In this document: positions 1-7,486 of the stretch, piece by piece
How positions within the stretch are numbered: the first letter of the stretch is position 1
How the letters are laid out: each line of letters begins with the position of its first letter
Source of the DNA: Naegleria gruberi
Lineage: Eukaryota
DNA length: 7,486 nt
NCBI GenBank assembly: GCA_000004985.1
Contig: GG739136.1
Direction: 5' to 3' (one strand)
Notes under the pieces: model-generated
Seen by the model: only the letters and a program-made list of their open reading frames with translations
Told to the model about the DNA's origin: nothing
Database searches by the model: none
Made by a program: the position numbers and the translations under genes

Positions 1-330
1 GAAATTAATTGCACAGAGCTGACAGGTTAATAGCCCTTTCTTGATTGTGTGGTGGGTAGTGCATGGCCGTTTCCAGTTCGTGGAGTGATCTGTCTTGTTA
101 ATTCAGATAACGAACGAGACCTAAGCCTTTAACTAGCCGTAGGCCTTTTCCTTCGGGGAAGGGTTAGTTTGTCGGAACAGGTTTCGGCCTGTTCCAAAAC
201 CTACGAGACTTTTGTCAGCTTCTTAAAGGGACTTCATTCGTAAACTAGGATGAGGAAGATTTAGGCCATAACAGGTCTGTGATGCTCTTAGATGTCCTGG
301 GCTGCACGCGTACAACCAGCGAGCGCTATG
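1..330 (+). rRNA. Eukaryotic-type SSU (18S-like) rRNA fragment covering the 3' major domain, partial at the window edge. Degenerate similarity trails on to ~400. The conserved 3' minor domain is missing, so this is likely a truncated or pseudogenised rDNA-derived segment, not a complete functional gene.
   Basis: Read directly against conserved 18S blocks recalled from memory. 'gacaggttaatagccctttcttgattg..ggtgggtagtgcatggccgtt' corresponds to GACAGATTGATAGCTCTTTCTCGATTC..GGTGGTGGTGCATGGCCGTT. 'gtcttgttaattcagataacgaacgagacc' corresponds to GTCTGGTTAATTCCGATAACGAACGAGAC. 'cagcttcttaaagggac' corresponds to CTTCTTAGAGGGAC. 'ataacaggtctgtgatgctcttagatgtcctgggctgcacgcg' corresponds to AATAACAGGTCTGTGATGCCCTTAGATGTCCGGGGCTGCACGCG. 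This is the eukaryotic cytoplasmic signature, not the bacterial/organellar one. Variable-region hairpins are intact (150-162 ccttc/ggg/gaagg; 174-195 ggaacagg/tttcgg/cctgttcc). Several universally conserved positions are substituted. No GTACACACCGCCCGTC or GTAACAAGG/GATCATTA 3' motifs occur anywhere downstream. Confidence 0.7.
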
Positions 331-526
331 GTTTTATAACCCCTTATCCTAATAGGATTGGGAAAACTTTTCAAACAGTAATCATGCCAAGTTTGGCCAA
401 TGGATAACATGGAAAGATTTAAAGCTTAAAACTAGTCATTGTGAGGAGGAGATTTTACTTGTTGATTATTTTGCAAATAATTTAACATTACCAACTGCTG
501 TTGTGGATAGTAATGTAACAGAGATC

Positions 527-1061
527 ATGGTTCAACACTTGAAGGAGTTGGATGGTGCAGTTCTTGTTTGTGAATTTAGCGTTGAGAAGACTGATGCAGA
601 GTTTGATGTATGCTTGTCATTCTTTCAAGTAGATGCCACAATATTGAAACGTATCAGCTCTTCATTCCAAATAGTTCAAGATCTGTTCAAATATGAAGAG
701 TACGGTAGATGTGGACTTATTTTTGAGCTATTGGATGAGTATTTTGTAGATGTACTTTTTTCTATTGATGGAATTGAGTGGAATATCATTAACAGAGGAA
801 GTGACTGGAAATTAATTCAAAAAGATCCAAGCCAATACATTTTTGTGACTCCAAAGTTAGAAAGTGAAAGGGAGTACTTTTTCAAACTTGTGGTCATTTC
901 AAAGAGAAATACGTGGATATATCATGACTTGGGTCAATTATATCCAGAATCAGTACTTTCTTCAGGTCTGTTGCCCTCATTGGTCAATGAAAATGTAAAA
1001 CATATTGTTGATGGTTGTGTCCTTGCTTCAACTCATCCAAACATGTTCCACCTTAAATTTG
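527..1061 (+). CDS. Partial CDS for a hypothetical protein with no recognisable domain. The 5' end is at the first in-frame ATG and the 3' end is truncated by the N-run.
   Basis: The frame is open for 186 codons from 503 to the last real base 1061, long for AT-rich DNA. An in-frame TAG lies upstream at 434-436. The track start at 503 is GTG. The first ATG is at 527 with A at -3 and G at +4. Codon usage is A/T-ending with AGA/AGG arginine, matching the minus-strand gene on the other flank. No motif was recognised in MVQHLKELDGAVLVCEFSVEKTDAEFDVC...HIVDGCVLASTHPNMFHLKF. An upstream exon or a different true start cannot be excluded. Confidence 0.5.
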
Positions 1062-4000
1062 NNNNNNNNNNNNNNNNNNNNNNNNNNNNNNNNNNNNNNN
1101 NNNNNNNNNNNNNNNNNNNNNNNNNNNNNNNNNNNNNNNNNNNNNNNNNNNNNNNNNNNNNNNNNNNNNNNNNNNNNNNNNNNNNNNNNNNNNNNNNNNN
1201 NNNNNNNNNNNNNNNNNNNNNNNNNNNNNNNNNNNNNNNNNNNNNNNNNNNNNNNNNNNNNNNNNNNNNNNNNNNNNNNNNNNNNNNNNNNNNNNNNNNN
1301 NNNNNNNNNNNNNNNNNNNNNNNNNNNNNNNNNNNNNNNNNNNNNNNNNNNNNNNNNNNNNNNNNNNNNNNNNNNNNNNNNNNNNNNNNNNNNNNNNNNN
1401 NNNNNNNNNNNNNNNNNNNNNNNNNNNNNNNNNNNNNNNNNNNNNNNNNNNNNNNNNNNNNNNNNNNNNNNNNNNNNNNNNNNNNNNNNNNNNNNNNNNN
1501 NNNNNNNNNNNNNNNNNNNNNNNNNNNNNNNNNNNNNNNNNNNNNNNNNNNNNNNNNNNNNNNNNNNNNNNNNNNNNNNNNNNNNNNNNNNNNNNNNNNN
1601 NNNNNNNNNNNNNNNNNNNNNNNNNNNNNNNNNNNNNNNNNNNNNNNNNNNNNNNNNNNNNNNNNNNNNNNNNNNNNNNNNNNNNNNNNNNNNNNNNNNN
1701 NNNNNNNNNNNNNNNNNNNNNNNNNNNNNNNNNNNNNNNNNNNNNNNNNNNNNNNNNNNNNNNNNNNNNNNNNNNNNNNNNNNNNNNNNNNNNNNNNNNN
1801 NNNNNNNNNNNNNNNNNNNNNNNNNNNNNNNNNNNNNNNNNNNNNNNNNNNNNNNNNNNNNNNNNNNNNNNNNNNNNNNNNNNNNNNNNNNNNNNNNNNN
1901 NNNNNNNNNNNNNNNNNNNNNNNNNNNNNNNNNNNNNNNNNNNNNNNNNNNNNNNNNNNNNNNNNNNNNNNNNNNNNNNNNNNNNNNNNNNNNNNNNNNN
2001 NNNNNNNNNNNNNNNNNNNNNNNNNNNNNNNNNNNNNNNNNNNNNNNNNNNNNNNNNNNNNNNNNNNNNNNNNNNNNNNNNNNNNNNNNNNNNNNNNNNN
2101 NNNNNNNNNNNNNNNNNNNNNNNNNNNNNNNNNNNNNNNNNNNNNNNNNNNNNNNNNNNNNNNNNNNNNNNNNNNNNNNNNNNNNNNNNNNNNNNNNNNN
2201 NNNNNNNNNNNNNNNNNNNNNNNNNNNNNNNNNNNNNNNNNNNNNNNNNNNNNNNNNNNNNNNNNNNNNNNNNNNNNNNNNNNNNNNNNNNNNNNNNNNN
2301 NNNNNNNNNNNNNNNNNNNNNNNNNNNNNNNNNNNNNNNNNNNNNNNNNNNNNNNNNNNNNNNNNNNNNNNNNNNNNNNNNNNNNNNNNNNNNNNNNNNN
2401 NNNNNNNNNNNNNNNNNNNNNNNNNNNNNNNNNNNNNNNNNNNNNNNNNNNNNNNNNNNNNNNNNNNNNNNNNNNNNNNNNNNNNNNNNNNNNNNNNNNN
2501 NNNNNNNNNNNNNNNNNNNNNNNNNNNNNNNNNNNNNNNNNNNNNNNNNNNNNNNNNNNNNNNNNNNNNNNNNNNNNNNNNNNNNNNNNNNNNNNNNNNN
2601 NNNNNNNNNNNNNNNNNNNNNNNNNNNNNNNNNNNNNNNNNNNNNNNNNNNNNNNNNNNNNNNNNNNNNNNNNNNNNNNNNNNNNNNNNNNNNNNNNNNN
2701 NNNNNNNNNNNNNNNNNNNNNNNNNNNNNNNNNNNNNNNNNNNNNNNNNNNNNNNNNNNNNNNNNNNNNNNNNNNNNNNNNNNNNNNNNNNNNNNNNNNN
2801 NNNNNNNNNNNNNNNNNNNNNNNNNNNNNNNNNNNNNNNNNNNNNNNNNNNNNNNNNNNNNNNNNNNNNNNNNNNNNNNNNNNNNNNNNNNNNNNNNNNN
2901 NNNNNNNNNNNNNNNNNNNNNNNNNNNNNNNNNNNNNNNNNNNNNNNNNNNNNNNNNNNNNNNNNNNNNNNNNNNNNNNNNNNNNNNNNNNNNNNNNNNN
3001 NNNNNNNNNNNNNNNNNNNNNNNNNNNNNNNNNNNNNNNNNNNNNNNNNNNNNNNNNNNNNNNNNNNNNNNNNNNNNNNNNNNNNNNNNNNNNNNNNNNN
3101 NNNNNNNNNNNNNNNNNNNNNNNNNNNNNNNNNNNNNNNNNNNNNNNNNNNNNNNNNNNNNNNNNNNNNNNNNNNNNNNNNNNNNNNNNNNNNNNNNNNN
3201 NNNNNNNNNNNNNNNNNNNNNNNNNNNNNNNNNNNNNNNNNNNNNNNNNNNNNNNNNNNNNNNNNNNNNNNNNNNNNNNNNNNNNNNNNNNNNNNNNNNN
3301 NNNNNNNNNNNNNNNNNNNNNNNNNNNNNNNNNNNNNNNNNNNNNNNNNNNNNNNNNNNNNNNNNNNNNNNNNNNNNNNNNNNNNNNNNNNNNNNNNNNN
3401 NNNNNNNNNNNNNNNNNNNNNNNNNNNNNNNNNNNNNNNNNNNNNNNNNNNNNNNNNNNNNNNNNNNNNNNNNNNNNNNNNNNNNNNNNNNNNNNNNNNN
3501 NNNNNNNNNNNNNNNNNNNNNNNNNNNNNNNNNNNNNNNNNNNNNNNNNNNNNNNNNNNNNNNNNNNNNNNNNNNNNNNNNNNNNNNNNNNNNNNNNNNN
3601 NNNNNNNNNNNNNNNNNNNNNNNNNNNNNNNNNNNNNNNNNNNNNNNNNNNNNNNNNNNNNNNNNNNNNNNNNNNNNNNNNNNNNNNNNNNNNNNNNNNN
3701 NNNNNNNNNNNNNNNNNNNNNNNNNNNNNNNNNNNNNNNNNNNNNNNNNNNNNNNNNNNNNNNNNNNNNNNNNNNNNNNNNNNNNNNNNNNNNNNNNNNN
3801 NNNNNNNNNNNNNNNNNNNNNNNNNNNNNNNNNNNNNNNNNNNNNNNNNNNNNNNNNNNNNNNNNNNNNNNNNNNNNNNNNNNNNNNNNNNNNNNNNNNN
3901 NNNNNNNNNNNNNNNNNNNNNNNNNNNNNNNNNNNNNNNNNNNNNNNNNNNNNNNNNNNNNNNNNNNNNNNNNNNNNNNNNNNNNNNNNNNNNNNNNNNN

Positions 4001-6181
4001 NNNNNNNNNNNNNNNNNNNNNNNNNNNNNNNNNNNNNNNNNNNNNNNNNNNNNNNNNNNNNNNNNNNNNNNNNNNNNNNNNNNNNNNNNNNNNNNNNNNN
4101 NNNNNNNNNNNNNNNNNNNNNNNNNNNNNNNNNNNNNNNNNNNNNNNNNNNNNNNNNNNNNNNNNNNNNNNNNNNNNNNNNNNNNNNNNNNNNNNNNNNN
4201 NNNNNNNNNNNNNNNNNNNNNNNNNNNNNNNNNNNNNNNNNNNNNNNNNNNNNNNNNNNNNNNNNNNNNNNNNNNNNNNNNNNNNNNNNNNNNNNNNNNN
4301 NNNNNNNNNNNNNNNNNNNNNNNNNNNNNNNNNNNNNNNNNNNNNNNNNNNNNNNNNNNNNNNNNNNNNNNNNNNNNNNNNNNNNNNNNNNNNNNNNNNN
4401 NNNNNNNNNNNNNNNNNNNNNNNNNNNNNNNNNNNNNNNNNNNNNNNNNNNNNNNNNNNNNNNNNNNNNNNNNNNNNNNNNNNNNNNNNNNNNNNNNNNN
4501 NNNNNNNNNNNNNNNNNNNNNNNNNNNNNNNNNNNNNNNNNNNNNNNNNNNNNNNNNNNNNNNNNNNNNNNNNNNNNNNNNNNNNNNNNNNNNNNNNNNN
4601 NNNNNNNNNNNNNNNNNNNNNNNNNNNNNNNNNNNNNNNNNNNNNNNNNNNNNNNNNNNNNNNNNNNNNNNNNNNNNNNNNNNNNNNNNNNNNNNNNNNN
4701 NNNNNNNNNNNNNNNNNNNNNNNNNNNNNNNNNNNNNNNNNNNNNNNNNNNNNNNNNNNNNNNNNNNNNNNNNNNNNNNNNNNNNNNNNNNNNNNNNNNN
4801 NNNNNNNNNNNNNNNNNNNNNNNNNNNNNNNNNNNNNNNNNNNNNNNNNNNNNNNNNNNNNNNNNNNNNNNNNNNNNNNNNNNNNNNNNNNNNNNNNNNN
4901 NNNNNNNNNNNNNNNNNNNNNNNNNNNNNNNNNNNNNNNNNNNNNNNNNNNNNNNNNNNNNNNNNNNNNNNNNNNNNNNNNNNNNNNNNNNNNNNNNNNN
5001 NNNNNNNNNNNNNNNNNNNNNNNNNNNNNNNNNNNNNNNNNNNNNNNNNNNNNNNNNNNNNNNNNNNNNNNNNNNNNNNNNNNNNNNNNNNNNNNNNNNN
5101 NNNNNNNNNNNNNNNNNNNNNNNNNNNNNNNNNNNNNNNNNNNNNNNNNNNNNNNNNNNNNNNNNNNNNNNNNNNNNNNNNNNNNNNNNNNNNNNNNNNN
5201 NNNNNNNNNNNNNNNNNNNNNNNNNNNNNNNNNNNNNNNNNNNNNNNNNNNNNNNNNNNNNNNNNNNNNNNNNNNNNNNNNNNNNNNNNNNNNNNNNNNN
5301 NNNNNNNNNNNNNNNNNNNNNNNNNNNNNNNNNNNNNNNNNNNNNNNNNNNNNNNNNNNNNNNNNNNNNNNNNNNNNNNNNNNNNNNNNNNNNNNNNNNN
5401 NNNNNNNNNNNNNNNNNNNNNNNNNNNNNNNNNNNNNNNNNNNNNNNNNNNNNNNNNNNNNNNNNNNNNNNNNNNNNNNNNNNNNNNNNNNNNNNNNNNN
5501 NNNNNNNNNNNNNNNNNNNNNNNNNNNNNNNNNNNNNNNNNNNNNNNNNNNNNNNNNNNNNNNNNNNNNNNNNNNNNNNNNNNNNNNNNNNNNNNNNNNN
5601 NNNNNNNNNNNNNNNNNNNNNNNNNNNNNNNNNNNNNNNNNNNNNNNNNNNNNNNNNNNNNNNNNNNNNNNNNNNNNNNNNNNNNNNNNNNNNNNNNNNN
5701 NNNNNNNNNNNNNNNNNNNNNNNNNNNNNNNNNNNNNNNNNNNNNNNNNNNNNNNNNNNNNNNNNNNNNNNNNNNNNNNNNNNNNNNNNNNNNNNNNNNN
5801 NNNNNNNNNNNNNNNNNNNNNNNNNNNNNNNNNNNNNNNNNNNNNNNNNNNNNNNNNNNNNNNNNNNNNNNNNNNNNNNNNNNNNNNNNNNNNNNNNNNN
5901 NNNNNNNNNNNNNNNNNNNNNNNNNNNNNNNNNNNNNNNNNNNNNNNNNNNNNNNNNNNNNNNNNNNNNNNNNNNNNNNNNNNNNNNNNNNNNNNNNNNN
6001 NNNNNNNNNNNNNNNNNNNNNNNNNNNNNNNNNNNNNNNNNNNNNNNNNNNNNNNNNNNNNNNNNNNNNNNNNNNNNNNNNNNNNNNNNNNNNNNNNNNN
6101 NNNNNNNNNNNNNNNNNNNNNNNNNNNNNNNNNNNNNNNNNNNNNNNNNNNNNNNNNNNNNNNNNNNNNNNNNNNNNNNNN
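1062..6181. other. A run of 5,120 consecutive N, either an assembly gap or a deliberately masked region. It carries no sequence information.
   Basis: N begins immediately after g1061 and ends before t6182, and 6181-1062+1 = 5120. All translated X in the ORF track derive from it. Confidence 0.98.
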
Positions 6182-7486
6182 TCTTATAGCTGCTGGTAAA
6201 TTTGAGGTATGAAGAATGGATCTCAGAATACTGACATTTTGTTTCATAGGTTCCTGTAGTCTTGTTATAATTATAGCTATAAGTTTTGCTTTCTTCCAAA
6301 TATAAATTAAGCCTTTGATAGTAATAATCCTTCCAGTATTGATCTTCTGAGGTGAGCTTGCAAATTCTCAATTTCTTAGAGACCAACTCTAATTTACACA
6401 AATCTGTGATTGTCATGAATGAGAGAACCAATCTGAAAATGTCATCATTCATTACATTATCAAATACTTCAATATTAAATGTTGGCTCATTAACTTGCTT
6501 CTTTTTTTCAACCTCAATCTTGTGATAGGTACCACCAAATACAAAGTAATTCATAGCAATACTATCATCTTCATTGGTCGCTTGGAATGGAACAGTTGTA
6601 TGAAAGACGGGTCCAACATCTTGGCTTGTAAAAGTTTGAGAAAGTGAGTGAGTGTGGGTTACATCCCAACCATTCTTGATATTAATTAAATCAATATAGA
6701 TACAATCCAAACGGTCAATTCTATCATTACAACCTCCAATGGAGTAAAGTCTTTTACCATTTTCTGATTTTTCCAACACCAATGAATGACCAAATCTTGG
6801 AGCAAAGCCATCAAGTTCAGAAATTAATACCTCCGATTGACAAGTACCCTCTTTCACATCCAGAGTAGACAATTTAATCTTTACAAAATCTTTAACAAGA
6901 CCAGTAGCCGATTTACCACCCAAAATATACCAATCGCCAGTTTCCTCATCCAAAACACTAGCATGATAATATCTTCCCTTAAGTTCAACGCTCAATTCCA
7001 TCAATTTCCATTCTCTACTCTTCAAATTGAAAATAAACAATTCATTCGATGGGAAACTGTTGTTATCATCATACCCACCAAACACAACCAAATAATCACC
7101 ATAAATAGTTGCTGATTGACCATAACGTGGAGTGATAATCTCATCACCACTAGGCTCCAGTAATCCCCACTCAAAAGTATCAAATCGATACGACCAAACA
7201 TCATTATGAAAACCATTTGATTTCCCGCCAAAAATTACCATCTCATCACTACAATCATTCGATTTTCTTTTCACTAGACACGAGGAGTGGAAGTTACGAG
7301 CACTTGGTCCCCTATTATGTATTGTCTTGTTTTCCCACTTTTGTGAGGAAACATCCACTTGAATGAGATCGTTTACAAGTAGTTCGGAATTGACAAAGCC
7401 TCCGAAAAGATAAACTTTATCGTTATGAAAGATACCACTGTGACCAACACGAGAGGTTAATTGACCGAGGGGCAACGAAGATGTTA
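6182..7486 (-). CDS. Partial CDS for a Kelch-repeat beta-propeller protein with a C-terminal F-box-like motif. The N-terminus lies beyond the window end and the C-terminal part runs into the N gap.
   Basis: The minus-strand frame is open from the window edge at 7486 down to 6183 (431 aa) and continues into N. The track's TTG 'start' at 7473-7475 is only the first bacterial-type start; codons upstream of it remain open. Six Kelch blades are recognisable from the spaced GG doublet, the aromatic/W and the R/Y/F-G-H motifs: GHSGIFHNDKVYLFGG..W; RNFHSSCLV..MVIFGG..W..W; PRYGQSATIYGDYLVVFGG..W; GRYYHASVL..WYILGG; PRFGHSLVL..LYSIGG..W; FHTTVPF..YFVFGG. These span roughly nt 6456-7454. Then DDIFRLVLSFMTITDLCKLELVSKKLRICKLTSEDQYWKDYY (about nt 6321-6446) fits the F-box consensus (hydrophobic-I/L-x-x-I/L..L..L..L..VSKxW). 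A Y/S/T/N-rich tail follows (YSYNYNKTTGTYETKCQYSEIHSSYLKFTSSYK). Confidence 0.85.

Noticed and set aside
330-400. Possibility that 330-400 is a complete but extremely divergent SSU 3' end
   Set aside because: No trace of the universally conserved h44 decoding core or the 3'-terminal GTAACAAGG...GATCATTA was found anywhere in 1-526. Weak residual similarity is better explained by decay or truncation.
503-526. GTG at 503 as the translation start of the + strand gene
   Set aside because: This is a bacterial-style start call. The context is eukaryotic (18S-type rRNA, AGA/AGG arginine usage), and the first ATG at 527 has a good -3 A/+4 G context. The upstream frame is closed by TAG 434-436.
503-6199. 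1,898-aa ORF in the track (and its 6182-6199 'SYSCW*' terminus) joining the left and right flanks
   Set aside because: 1,700 of its codons are translated N. The frame relationship across an N-run of unknown or masked content is meaningless. Only the 503/527-1061 portion is real.
1005-6212. 1,735-aa + strand ORF and the 1,739-aa minus-strand ORF (1028-6247) spanning the N-run
   Set aside because: Both are X-translation artefacts. Their real-sequence ends are 19-22 codons in alternative frames overlapping the supported CDSs.
6837-7115. 92-aa + strand ORF with a TTG start
   Set aside because: It is short and antisense to the well-supported Kelch CDS, it starts at a non-ATG codon, and its product is low-complexity with no motif.
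7022-7231. 69-aa minus-strand ORF with a TTG start
   Set aside because: It is an alternative frame nested inside the Kelch CDS. It is short, starts at a non-ATG codon and has no support.
7473-7475. TTG as the start codon of the Kelch/F-box gene
   Set aside because: The frame stays open upstream to the window edge with no stop, so the true start is almost certainly beyond position 7486.
1-7486. Prokaryotic defence island, CRISPR array, operon, tRNA or other bacterial features
   Set aside because: There are no direct-repeat/spacer periodicity, no tRNA-like cloverleaf candidates, no Shine-Dalgarno-coupled gene pairs and no bacterial-type rRNA signatures. The rRNA present is eukaryotic cytoplasmic type and the gene content (Kelch/F-box) is typical of eukaryotes or giant viruses.

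Overview
Only about 2.4 kb of this 7,486-nt window is real sequence, because positions 1062-6181 are an uninterrupted 5,120-nt run of N. The left flank (1-1061) holds two things on the + strand. Positions 1-~330 are the 3' major-domain portion of a eukaryotic-type small-subunit (18S-like) rRNA, entering from the window edge. Similarity becomes weak by ~400. The universally conserved 3' minor domain (the 'GTACACACCGCCCGTCGC' decoding core and the 3' end) is absent. A partial protein-coding ORF follows: its first ATG is at 527 (the ORF track's GTG at 503 is a bacterial-style call), and it runs into the N gap with no recognisable domain. The right flank (6182-7486) is entirely the antisense of a minus-strand CDS. 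It encodes at least 431 aa: six Kelch-type beta-propeller blades followed, unusually, by a C-terminal F-box-like motif and a Tyr/Ser/Thr-rich tail. It is open at both ends, with the 5' end beyond the window and the 3' end inside the N gap. Codon usage in both genes is third-position A/T-rich, with AGA/AGG arginine and no in-frame TAA/TAG read-through, and the rRNA is of the cytoplasmic eukaryotic type. This is therefore eukaryotic nuclear DNA (or possibly giant-virus DNA), not a prokaryotic locus. No CRISPR, tRNA, prokaryotic defence or operon structure is visible. The three long ORFs in the track that cross 1062-6181 are artefacts of translating N as X. Any novel system, if present, would be inside the masked 5.1 kb and cannot be assessed. 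The points worth a second look are the degenerate rRNA fragment abutting an ORF and the inverted Kelch-then-F-box architecture.
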